64,000 nt of DNA from Mobula hypostoma (taxonomy: Eukaryota): assembly GCF_963921235.1 (NCBI RefSeq), contig NC_086108.1, positions 110,858,001 through 110,922,000 on the forward strand, read 5' to 3'. The position numbers were made by a program, and so were the translations under genes. Positions 12,948 through 24,471 of the stretch are shown piece by piece (the first letter of the stretch is position 1; every line of letters starts with the position of its first letter). The notes beneath the pieces were generated by a model. That model did no database searches and had not been told where the DNA came from. It was given only the letters and a program-made list of their open reading frames with translations.

Positions 12948-14542
12948 AAATTGTATACCACAAACAAGCTTTGATAATAAATGTACTCTGAGTCTTTGAA
13001 CCCACCCCACCATTGAGAATACCTTCAAAAGGCAGCACTTCAAGGAGGCAGAATCCATCATTAAGGACCCTCACTATCCAAGACATGCTCTCTTCCTGTT
13101 ACTTTCATCAGGGAGGAGGGGCAGGAGCCTGATGCCCCACACTCACTGTTTTAGAAACAGCTTTTCCCCCTCTACCATCAGATTTCTGAATGGTCCTTGA
13201 ACACTACCTCAGTATTTGCTTTTTTGTGGTACTTTTTATTTACTTAGTAATTTATTATAATTTTCTCTGTCTGCACCATACTGCTGCTACATAAACAACA
13301 TATTTCATGATGTAGAATACAGCGATAATGAACTTGATTCTACATGGAGCGCTATTGCTGGAAAGCACTATCCATTATCGAGGACCTCCATGATCCAGGC
13401 CTTGCTACGACCATTGGGAAGGAGGTACAGGAGCCTTGGGTCCTACACCACCAGGTTCAGCAACAGTTACTAAGTTCAAATTCAAGATAATCGTCATTCA
13501 ACCGTGCACATTTATACCGCCAGCAGAAACAATGTTCCTCTGGACCAAGGTGCAAAACACAGTACATGCATCTCACACACATGCCACATAAAGTAATATT
13601 ACTAAAATAAGTGAATAATTAATAGAAAATATTCCAGAAAATTGACATTTAGCATAAGGTGCATTTATGATGCAAGTTAAAGAGTGAACAGTATAACGCT
13701 TCTGGCGCTTCATAGGTGATGAGACCTGGGTGGTGGCGGGGAGTTCAGAGGGCATGGGTTAACAGTGAAAGGTGTAAATTTAGGGAGAACGTGAGGGGAA
13801 AGTTCTTCACTCAGAGGGTGGTGAGTGAGAGTGTGGAACGAGCTGCCAGCACAAGTGGTGCATGCGAGCTCGATTTCAACGTTTAAGAGAAATTTGGATA
13901 GGTACATGGAGGGCTGTGTGGTCCAGGTGCATGTCAGTGGGAGTAGGCAGTTTAAATTGTTTCAGCATGGATTAGATGGGCAGAAGGGCCTGTTTCCGTG
14001 CTGTACTTTCTCTATGACTCTATGACTATGACTCTAACAAAGAACTACAATAGAATCATTGAAAAACTACAAAGACTGACTCACAAACGTGCAAAAGAAG
14101 ACAAACTGTGCAAATACAAAAAGAAATGAAAAATAATAATAAACCAGTAAGTAAATAAATAATACTGAGAACATGAGCTGTAGAGTCCTTGAAAGTGGGC
14201 CCATAGCTTGTGCTCAGTGATCAGTTCAGAGCTGAGGTGAGTGAAGTTGGTTCAGGAGCCTGATGTTTGAGGGGTTATTACTGTTCCTGAACCTGGTGGT
14301 CTGGGATCTAAGGCCCCTGTTCCTTCTTCCTGATGACAGCATTGAGAAGAGAGCATGGCCTGGTTGGTGGAGTCCCTGATGATGGATATTCCTTTCCTGC
14401 AACTGCACTCCTTATAAATATGCTCAGTTTTGGGGAGGGCTTTTCGTGTGATGGACTGGGCTGTAGCCACCACCTTACATCAGGGTGAGATGATGGTTTA
14501 GAAGTGATAATGGCAACACACTTGTTATGTTTCATTTGACAG

Positions 14543-14660
14543 GGTGTTGCCTGAGCTGAGTTTGAAAGCACTGAGACCACAGCTTGGAAGTCTCCTTGGA
14601 ACTGAAACCATCAGTGACAAATTTGCCTTTCTGAAATGCGTAGGGAGAAGTTTGGCCATG
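14543..14660 (+). CDS. spata1: SPATA1 coding exon (first one found in window), phase 2 to 0
   Basis: tttgacag acceptor, ATG|gtgagt donor, 118 nt; translates VLPELSLKALRPQLGSLLGTETISDKFAFLKCVGRSLAM, matching the recalled SPATA1 N-terminal segment (KFLFLKCIGNNLAV). Confidence 0.93.
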
Positions 14661-14739
14661 GTGAGTCATTTGCTGTGCTAATGGTGATGTGCACAATGTG
14701 CAATGATTATATTTTTACAACTAATAACCCTAGGAGAGT

Positions 14740-14965
14740 GCTGTGGTAGTGTAGCCGTGACCACGATGTTATTACAGCTCAGGACATCAGAGTTTGGAGT
14801 TCAATTCTTTCGTCCTCTATACGGAATGCAGAAGTTTCCTCAGGATACTCCGGTTTCCTCCCACAGTCCAAAGTAAATTTTCCAGGGATTGGGTTAGGGT
14901 TGCTGGGTGGTGCAGCTCGAAGGGCAGGAAGGGCCTCCTTCACACTGTATCGCTAAATAAATAAG
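14740..14965 (+). mobile_element. tRNA-derived V-SINE-like element (other copies near 34480-34730, 44240-44490, 59535-59720, 61195-61370)
   Basis: degenerate A/B boxes and the V-domain-like motif CTCCGGTTTCCTCCCACAGTCCAAAG. Confidence 0.65.
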
Positions 14966-15048
14966 TACCAGGCCTTCAAGCAAAGCAAATTTGGAAATAA
15001 GAAAGTTTTGTCAACAAAAGCTCTTTGAATGTACAAGAATGTAATATC

Positions 15049-15128
15049 CAGGGGTTCCCAACCTGGTGTCCATGAACCCCCTGGTTACTGATAGGGGTCC
15101 ATGGCATAAATAAATTTGGGAGCCCCTG
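15049..15128. mobile_element. 80-bp hAT-like MITE (partial second copy about 42237-42290)
   Basis: TIRs CAGGGGTTCCCAA / TTGGGAGCCCCTG; no 8-bp TSD visible. Confidence 0.6.
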
Positions 15129-15785
15129 CTTTAAGATAATAATGGAATGAAGATTGCCAAAATCTCCTAATGCATAGGAGAATGATGGGAGATTTGACAG
15201 AGTTATCAAAATTATGAGGGATATAGGTAGAGTAAATGTAAACAGGCTTTTTCCACTGAGGTTGGTAGGACTAGAAATAGAACATAGAGATAGAATTGTG
15301 GAGCACAGAAACAGGTCCTTCAGCCCACAATGTTGTGCTAGACCAAATAAATTGGTAAGGGTAAAGCTTAAAGGTGAAAGGTAAAATGTTTGAGGCAATC
15401 CTAGGGGCTATCTTTTTCACTCAGAGGGTGCTGAGAGTGTGGAATGAGCTGCCAGTAGAAGTGGTAGATGTGGGTTTGATTTCAACAGATGATGAAGGGG
15501 GAAAAGCTGTTCCTGAGTCGTTGAGTAAGGCTCCCTGTGTTGTGATGTTTTCATGTACCCTCTGAGCTGCTGGAGAATTCAGGAGTCAAGATCGTTTTTT
15601 GTAATATCCAGTACACATGTGTAAAGGAGAACAAAATAATTGTTACTCCAGATCCAAAGCAACACAAAAAAAACCCACAATAAAATAAAAAACCAAAATA
15701 ATAAAAAAGAAACTCAATAAATATAAATATGCAAGATAGCTTATATATATAGATTGATTGTATGTCCATAAAGTGATGCTAGCTG

Positions 15786-16204
15786 GCGTGCAGACGTATG
15801 TCATTGACGTATGTTACATATAACCCATAATGAATTATTGAAACAAACAAGAATGTTAAATCATATATTTACATATTACTCAAATATTAAGTAGACTACA
15901 CTCCTCCCTGCTTAGCCATAAACTCCAACTCAATAGAGAATGCATCTCAACTATATAGACAGGATACTGTATAATACAGTTACTACACAGACATCCACAG
16001 CGGAGTAAATTTTAAATTGTCCCATTCAGACCTAAAGATTTAATCACTGTGGAGGATTTGTTACTCTTGTAGGATAATGTCTTTCCTGGCAAGGGAAGTC
16101 ACTCTGCCTGGCAGCTGAGACTTGTGGCTGTGAAAACAATCTCAGGTTCGGGGGCCTCCCCCGTGGCGGTTGTAGGAGTTGACTCTGATAACTCTGGACA
16201 TCTT
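15786..16204 (-). mobile_element. 3' part of Gypsy-type LTR retrotransposon: pol C-terminal tail, polypurine tract, partial 3' LTR
   Basis: minus strand reads CPELSESTPT...QERHYPTRVTNPPQ*LNL*; PPT AGCAGGGAGGAG at 15901-15912 directly abuts TG at 15900; 15786-15900 resembles the LTRs at 24472 and 58724. Confidence 0.8.
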
Positions 16205-17100
16205 TCTTTTCCTTTTCTTGGCTCTTCTGCCTGGATCTACTTCTATCTTTGCTCCTCTCCCAGTCCTGCTTCTTTCTTTCTCTTTATCCCCTTTTCTTTC
16301 TCACGTTCCTTCTCTCTTTCAAACCTTTTCCTTTTCTCAATTATGTTCTTTCTTTGTACCTCTTCCCTCCTTTCAAGTTCTTATCCTTCTTTTTCCCTTT
16401 CTACTTTCTTGTCGGTTTCTCTGAATTTCCTAATTTCTCAAGTGATTAGGTCTCCTTTTTCTCTTCCATTTCCATAGCACTACTGCCATCCTCGTCTTTC
16501 TTTTCCTTTTTCTTCTTTCTAGTTTGTGCATCTTGGTCTTGTGAGGGTGCATTTAGTTCACTGGAGTATTCTCTTAATCCTTCTACTGCTCCCCTTATGA
16601 TCTGTTATCTCCTCTTAGTTTCCACATCATCTGACCAGTCCTGTTTTCATATCTCCATTGTCTTCTTTCTCTTTGGCCTTCCATTCATCCAGCTGTGCTT
16701 TGGTCTTTGCATCTACTTTTACAAGCAGCTTTTTGTCTTCCGCTTGAAGTTCATGCAATAATCTTACTGCGCACAGAGTGGGTTCTGGTTCTTTATACTC
16801 ACAAAAGCCAAATGCTTGCAACTTTCCTGAAGCTCCTTGACCTCTCTTCCAGCTTAAAACCAAGCCACATTTTGCAAGTAACCACCTGATTAACACCTCA
16901 GAAGCTTTCTCAGATACGTTGCCGACAAAAACTGTTGTAGTTGGACCAGAGCTTTCATCGCTTTCATGATTCCTTTGAGCAGCATGGCCCTTCTTTGGTT
17001 CAATATGCTTTCCAAGCAAGGGCACCAACAGGTTGCCACCAACACCTGTTTGTCCTCTGTAGGCAATGGTTCATGATGTTACTGAATGGAGACAATCATG
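16205..17100 (-). pseudogene. rbm25: processed (intronless) RBM25 fragment: RRM plus start of the RE-rich region, no PWI domain; embedded in an LTR retrotransposon
   Basis: ORF 16627-17028 GPTTTVFVGNVSEKAS...LQAFGFCEYKEPE...KKLLVKVDAKTKAQLDEWKAK; continues as REYSSELNAPSQ...RKKKKEKK...EIRKFRET...KDRSRSR with stops and frameshifts. Confidence 0.93.
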
Positions 17101-17331
17101 GCATCATCCAGAACTCTTCTTAATTTGCTTTCAGTTGACTGTGTGTAGAGGATGTGTTATACAAGTATGGGATGATCGCCAGTTGAGTGGTAGTTGTCTC
17201 AGCCACTCAATCCCCACATTGCTGGTCCTTCTGTTTTTAACACCTACAAGCTGAAATGAGGCTTGTTGATTGTTGTACTTCACTGTTACAAATGTCATTC
17301 CATAGGAGTTCTTTCTCTCCAGTGTAAGCAT
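17101..17331 (-). mobile_element. Gypsy protease/linker fragment (degenerate)
   Basis: GMTFVTVKYNNQQ...EWLRQLPLNWRS...STESKLRRVLDDA resembles the region after the aspartic protease core in K02A2.6-like Gypsy polyproteins (recall). Confidence 0.75.
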
Positions 17332-17334
17332 CGA

Positions 17335-20300
17335 GTCTGGCTCTGTGATGTAGAAGGGAAGGGGAGAGAATAGGCACGCTGTGGTAATAGGGTATTCATT
17401 AGTTTGGGGACGGACAGGAGGTTCTGTGGGCGAGAGCGAGATTCCCGGATGGTATGTTGCCTCCTAAATGCCAGCTTCCGGGATATCTTGGATCAAGTTT
17501 TCAGCATTCGTAAGTGGGAGGGTGAACAGCCAGAAGTTGTGGTCCATGTCAGTACCAATGACATGGGTAGGGCGAGTGACGAGATTCTGCATGGGGAGTT
17601 CAGGAAGTTAGGTACTAAGTTAAAGAGCAGGACGTCCAGCTTTGTGATCTCACAATTGCTACCAGTGCCACATGCTACTTAGGCCAGAACTAGGAAGATT
17701 ATACAGTTTACTATAGAAACATAGAAACATAGAAAATAGGTGCAGGAGTAGGCCATTCGGCCCTTCGAGCCTGCACTGCCATTTATTATGATCATGGCTG
17801 ATCATCCAACTCAGAACCCCGCCCCAGCCTTCCCTCCATACCCCCTGACCCCTGTAGCCACAAGGGCCATATCTAACTCCCTCTTAAACATAGCCAATGA
17901 ACTGGCCTCAACAGTTTGCTGTGGCAGAGAATTCCACAGATTCACCACTCTCTGTGTGAAGAAGTTTTTCCTAATCTCGGTCCTAAAAGGCTTCCCCTCT
18001 ATCCTCCAACTGTGACCCCTCGTTCTGGACCTCCCCAACATCGGGAACAATCTTCCCGCATCTAGCCTGTCCAATCCCTTTAGGATCTTATATGTTTCAA
18101 TCAGATCCCCCCTTAATCTTCTAAATTCCAACGAGTACAAGCCCAGTTCATCCAGTCTTTCTTCATATGAAAGACCTGCCATCCCAGGAATCAATCTGGT
18201 GAACCTTCTTTGTACTCCCTCTATGGCAAAGATGTCTTTCCTCAGATTAGGGGACCAAAACTGCACACAATACTCCAGGTGTGGTCTCACCAAGGTCTTG
18301 TACAACTGCAGTAGTACCTCCCTGCTCCTGTACTCGAATCCTCTCGCTATAAATGCCAGCATACCGTTCGCCTTTTTCACCGCCTGCTGTACCTGCATGC
18401 CCACTTTCAATGACTGGTGTATAATGACACCCAGGTCTCGTTGCACCTCCCCTTTTCCTAATCGGCCACCATTCAGATAATAATCTGTTTTCCTATTTTT
18501 GCCACCAAAGTGGATAACTTCACATTTATCCACATTAAATTGCATCTGCCATGAGTTTGCCCACTCACCCAACCTATCCAAGTCACCCTGCATCCTCTTA
18601 GCATCCTCCTCACTGCTAACACTGCCACCCAGCTTTGTGTCATCCGCAAACTTGGAGATGCTGTATTTAATTCCCTCATCCAAGTCATTAATATATATTG
18701 TAAACAACTGGGGTCCCAGCACTGAGCCTTGCGGTACCCCACTAGTCACCGCCTGCCATTCTGAAAAGGTCCCGTTTATTCCCACTCTTTGCTTCCTGTC
18801 TGCTAACCAATTCTCCACCCACACCAATACCTTACCCCCAATACCGTGTGCTTTTAAGTTTGCACACTAATCTCCTGTGTGGGACCTTGTCAAAAGCCTT
18901 TTGAAAATCCAAATATACCACATCCACTGGTTCTCCCCTATCCACTCTACTAGTTACATCCTCAAAAAATTCTATGAGATTCGTCAGACATGATTTTCCT
19001 TTCACAAATCCATGCTGACTTTGTCCGATCATTTCACCGCTTTCCAAATGTGCTGTTATCACATCTTTGATAACTGACTCCAGCAGTTTCCCCACCACCG
19101 ACGTTAGGCTAACCGGCCTATAATTCCCCGGTTTCTCTCTCCCTCCTTTTTTAAAAAGTGGGGTTACATTAGCCACCCTCCAATCCTCAGGAACTAGTCC
19201 AGAATCTAACGAGTTTTGAAAAATTATCACTAATGCGTCCACTATTTCTTGGGCCACTTCCTTAAGCACTCTGGGATGCAGACCATCTGGCCCTGGGGAT
19301 TTATCTGCCTTCAATCCCTTCAATTTACCTAACACCACTTCCCTACTAACATGTATTTCGCTCAGTTCCTCCATCTCACTGGACCCTCTGTCCCTTACTA
19401 TTTCTGGAAGATTATTTATGTCCTCCTTAGTGAAGACAGAACCAAAGTAATTATTCAATTGGTCTGCCATGTCCTTGCTCCCCATAATCAATTCACCTGT
19501 TTCTGTTTGCAGGGGACCTACATTTGTCTTTATCAGTCTTTTCCTTTTTACATATCTATAAAAGCTTTTACAGTCCGTTTTTATGTTCTCTGCCAGTTTT
19601 CTCTCATAATCTTTTTTCCCCTTCCTAATTAAGCCCTTTGTCCTCCTCTGCTGAACTCTGAATTTCTCCCAGTCCTCAGGTGAGCCACTTTCTCTGGCTA
19701 ATTTGTATGCTACTTCTTTGGAATTGATACTATCCCTAATTTCTCTTGTCAGCCACGGGTGCACTACCTTCCTTGATTTATTCTTTTGCCAAACTGGGAT
19801 GAACAATTGTTGTAGTTCATCCATGCAACCTTTAAATGCCTGCCATTGCATATCCACCGTCAATCCTTGAAGTGTCATTTGCCAGTCTATCTTAGCTAAT
19901 TCACGTCTCATACCTTCAAAGTTACCCCTCTTTAAGTTCAGAACCTTTGTTTCTGAATTAACTACGTCACTCTCCATGTTAATGAAGAATTCCACCATAT
20001 TATGGTCACTCTTACCCAAGGGGCCTCTCACGACAAGATCGCTAATTAACCCTTCCTCATTGCTCAAAACCCAGTCCAGAATAGCCTGCTCTCTAGTCGG
20101 TTCCTCGACATGTTGGTTCAAAAAACCATCCGGCATACATTCCAAGAAATCCTCTTCCTCAGCACCTTTACCAATTTGGTTCACCCAGTCTACATGTAGA
20201 TTGAAGTCACCCATTATAACTGCTGTTCCTTTATTGCACACATTTCTAATTTCCTGTTTAATACCATCTCCGACCTCACTACTACTGTTAGGTGGCCTGT

Positions 20301-23300
20301 ACACAACTCCCACCAGCGTCTTCTGCCCCTTAGTGTTACGCAGCTCTACCCATATCGATTCCACATCTTCCCGGCTTATGTCCTTCCTTTCTATTGCGTT
20401 AATCTCTTTTTTAACCAGCAACGCCACCCCACCTCCCCTTCCTTCATGTCTATCCCTCCTGAATATTGAATATCCCTGAACGTTGAGCTCCCATCCCTGG
20501 TCACCCTGGAGCCATGTCTCTGTGATCCCAACTATATCATAATCATTAATAACAATCTGCACTTTCAATTCATCCACCTTATTACGAATGCTCCTTGCAT
20601 TGACACATAAAGCCTTCAGGCGCTCTTTTACAACTCTCTTAGCCCTTTTTAATGCTTGCCCTGGATTTGTCGGCCTGCCACTTTTACTTTTCCCCTTTGT
20701 ACTTTTTGCTTCTACCCTCACTTTACACCCCTCTGTCTCTCTGCACTGGTTCCCATCCCTCTGTTGTGAACTAACCTCCTCACACCTAGCCGCTTTAATT
20801 TGATTCCCACCCCCCAACCATTCTAGTTTAAAGTCACCTCAGTAGCCCCCGCTAATCTCCCTGCCAGGATATTGGTCCCCCTAGGGTTTAAGTGTAACCC
20901 GTCCTTTTTGTACAGGTCACACCTGCGCCAAAAGAGGTCCCAATGATCCAAAAACTTGAATCCCTGCCCCCTGCTCCAATCCCTCAGCCACGCATTTATC
21001 CTCCACCTCATCGCATTCCTACTCTCACTGTCGCGTGGCACAGGCAGTAATCCCGAGATTACTACCTTTGCAGTCCTTTTTCTCAACTCCCTTCCTAGCT
21101 CCCTATATTCTTCTTTCAGGACCTCATCCTTTTTCCTACCTATGTCATTGGTACCTATATGTACCAGGACCTCTGGCTCTTCACCTTCCCACTTCAGGAT
21201 ATCTTGGACACGATCAGAAATATCCCGGACCCTGGCACCAGGGAGGCAAACGACCATCCGAGTCTCTGGACTGTGCCCACAGAATCGCCTATCTGGCCCC
21301 CTTACTATCGAGTCCCCTATCACAACTGCCCTCCTCTTCCTTGCCCTACCCTTCTGAGCTACAGGGCCAGACTCTGTGCCGGAGGCAGGGCCACTGTCGC
21401 TTCCCCCGGGTAAGCTGTCCCCCCCAACAGTACTCAAACAGGAGTGGCTAAGGAGTTGATGTAGGAGGGAGGGCATAAGATTTTTGTATCTTTGGGCTCT
21501 CTTCCAGGGAAGCTAGGACCTGTACAGAAGAAACTATTGCACCTGAACTGGAGGGAAGGTTTGTTAATGTTGCACGGTGAGGTTTAAACTAGACTCGAGT
21601 TGCAGGGGGCTGGGAACCAGAATGCCAGAACAGTTAGTGGAGAGGTTGTGAAGGCAGATGCTGGTAAAACCTCAAAGTTAGGGAAAAAAGGGTGAGGGTG
21701 ATGTGACCAGTGTCCTAAGCTGCATATATTTCAATGCAAGAAGTATCGTAGGAAAAGTGGATGATAGTGCCGAAGATGAGGTAGCTGGTTTACAAACAGA
21801 GGCAATGTGTAGCGAGGAGAGGCTGATGATAGGGCAAAATTGCAATCACCAGGGTGAGTTGCAACGTAAGAGGTGGATAAAATCGAAAAGGGTGAATACA
21901 GGACTGAAGGTGTGGTATCTGAATGTGCACAGTATTCGGAATAGGGTAGATGAACTTGCAGCACAGTTGCAGATCGGCAGGTATGATGTTGTAGGCATCA
22001 CTGAATCACGGCTGAAGGAAGATTATAGCTAGGAGCTTAGATGTCCAAGGATACACATTGTATCAAAAAGACAGGCAGTAGGGCAGAGGGGGTGGCATTC
22101 TCTGTTGGTAAAAAATGAAATCAATTCATTAGAAAGAGGTGACATGGGGTCAGAAGGTGTTGAATCATTGTTGATAGAGCTAAGGAACTGCAAGGGTAAA
22201 AAGACCCGGATGGGAGTTGTATACATACCCCCAAACAGTAATAAGGATGCGGTCTACAAATTACAACAGGAGATAGAAAATGCATGCCAAAAGGGCAGTA
22301 TTATGATAGTCATTGGGGATTCAATATGCAGGTAAATTGGGAAAATCGGGTTGGTGCTGGATACCAGGAGGGGGAGTTTCTAGCGTGCCCACGAGATGGC
22401 TTTTTAGGACAGCTTGTGGTTGAGCCCAACAGAGGATCAGCTATTCTGGATTGGGTGTTGTGGAGTGAAAGAGTTAAAGGTAAAAAAAAACCCAGGGAAA
22501 AGTGGTCATTATATGATAGAATTCACTGTGAAATTTGAGAAGGAGAAGCTAAAGTCAGGTGTATCAGTATTACAGTGGAGTAAAAGGAATTACAGAGGCA
22601 TGAGAGAAGAGTTGGCCAGAATTGATTGGAAAAGAACAGTGAAAGGGACGAATTGAATAAGGATTTTGCATCAGTCTTCACTGTGGAAGACACATGCAGT
22701 ATGGTGGAAATTCCAGATGTCAGGGGTCATGAAGTGTGTGAAGTTGCCATTAGTAGAGATAAGGTTCTTGGGGAAACTATATGGGCTAAAGGTAGATTGG
22801 TCTCCTGGACCACATGGTGTACACTCCAGGTTTCTGAAAGAGAATGTGGATGCAATAGTAATGATCTTTCAAAAAGCACTTGATACTAGAATAGTTCTGG
22901 AAAAATGGGAAATTGCAAATGTCACTCCACTCTTCAAGAACAGAGAGAGGCAGAAGAAAGGAAACTATAGGCCCGTTAGTCTGACCTTGGTGGTTGGTAA
23001 GATGTTGGAGTTGAACATAGAAACATAGAACACCTACAGCACAATACAGGCCCTTGGGCCCACAAAGCGGTGCCAGACATGTACTTACTTTAGAAATCAC
23101 CTAGGCGAAGAGTGAGAACAAAGGGGCCTTTTCTGGTTGTCTGCCAGTGACAAGAGATGTTCCACAGGGGTCTGTGTTGGGGCTGATTCTTTTCACTTCA
23201 TATGTCAGTGATTTGGATGATGGAATTGATGGCTTTGTTGCGAAGTTTGCAGACGATATGAAGTTAGGTGGAGTGGCAGGTAGTTTTGAGGCTACAGGAG

Positions 23301-23365
23301 TATTTAGGCATGTTAGGAGAATGGGCAAAGAAGTGGCAGATGGAATACAGTGTCAGGATGTGTAT
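17335..23365 (+). mobile_element. old CR1 (ORF1 esterase plus ORF2 fragments) hosting the young CR1 at 17713-21445
   Basis: GTDRRFCG...VHVSTND left of the insertion continues as WLRS..RREG to the right; APE and RT fragments follow. Confidence 0.85.
17713..21445 (-). mobile_element. young, near full-length CR1 LINE: ORF1 SGNH/GDSL esterase (5'-truncated) plus ORF2 APE-RT with one frameshift
   Basis: ORF1 VIGDSIV...HIGTND...DGLHLN (20823-21445); ORF2 split into 18832-20817 and 17811-18827; (GTTTCTAT)n tail. Confidence 0.97.
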
Positions 23366-23485
23366 CAAATCAAGTTTAATTATCATTCAGGCCAGACATG
23401 GATGCAGTTGAACGAGACAGTGTTCCTCTGTGGGTCAGGTGTATAACAAACATTCAAAATAGTGAGAGAGAGAGATAGAGATAGA

Positions 23486-23541
<56 letters not shown>

Positions 23542-23792
23542 ATTATGCAGGAAAAACACATGTGTAGTCCAAGTCCCTGAGTGACATACAAATTGATGGC
23601 TTCTCCCGCTGGCTTCTCCTTCTCTTGTTGGCGCCACAAACAACGAACAGATCACTGAGATGGTAGACCTGCTGTATCAGTTGATCTGGCAACACAGTAT
23701 AGTCTTACAAACATAAAAATCACATTTTGTAAAGAAAAGTGCACCTTTGGTTGGCCCCAGAGGGGCTACTGTATTTGAACACGCCACCATCT

Positions 23793-24471
23793 TATCGGCA
23801 GAGCTTATTTCGGCTGGTTTGGTTGAAGCCGTCAAACTTCTAAGCAAACGGTATGCCTTTAAACCCAATGGACTCAGCAAAGCTTCTACTTGTTTCTCAT
23901 TAGCTATTTCATTTCCTTTAAAATACTATTCAATTTATTCCATATACAATATCCAGTTATCTGTTGTGTAATCCAACACATCAATCTTTATGATGCAGCC
24001 AGCGATTTCCCTCTTTTTAAAATTATTATTATCACTCACTGTTTATGAACCTGTGAATTCCATTTTTTGCCTTTCCTGATAATGGGCCACTTACTTTGAA
24101 GAAAACTAACAAATTCTGCAATGATGAAATTAGAGGTCAGCCACAATTTGTATAAAATGCCTTCTCAACGTTCCAGTGTCAGCAGTGCTGAATGCAAGGT
24201 TGTGCATCATACGAGGTTGATGATGAAATTGCTATTCAGCACATATACAGATCTGGACACCTTTCTTCTCCTTTTCTCAGCTTTTCTCTTGGGATCTACT
24301 TTGATCTTTGTGTCTCTCCTGGTCCTAGCTTTCTGTCTCTATATCCCTCTCCCTTCCCTTCTCACGTTCAGAAGAAAATGTGCTGCTTCGCAGAAAATAT
24401 AACTTGATGATTGAACTTCTCGCTGCCTCTCTTGCTCCTCTTGGGTTCATTTAAGGCTTCCTCATTGCCAC
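23793..24471 (-). mobile_element. Gypsy PBS, leader and gag N-terminal fragment
   Basis: PBS-like TGGCAATGAGGA (24459-24470) 1 nt inside the LTR; gag remnant AGCIIKIDVLDYTTDNWILYME*IE*YFKGNEIANEKQVEALLSPLGLKAYRLLRSLTASTKPAE at 23793-24006. Confidence 0.8.

Noticed and set aside
1..14542. SPATA1 first coding exon or promoter
   Set aside because: No ELHV/SAGF-like segment or CpG island found; the region is almost entirely repeats
16627..17028. Functional RBM25 gene
   Set aside because: No ATG start, no introns, multiple stops and frameshifts downstream, PWI domain absent
17788..21451. Plus-strand ORFs overlapping the young CR1 (also 38356-40974)
   Set aside because: Antisense shadows of CR1 ORF1/ORF2, largely repeated in both copies
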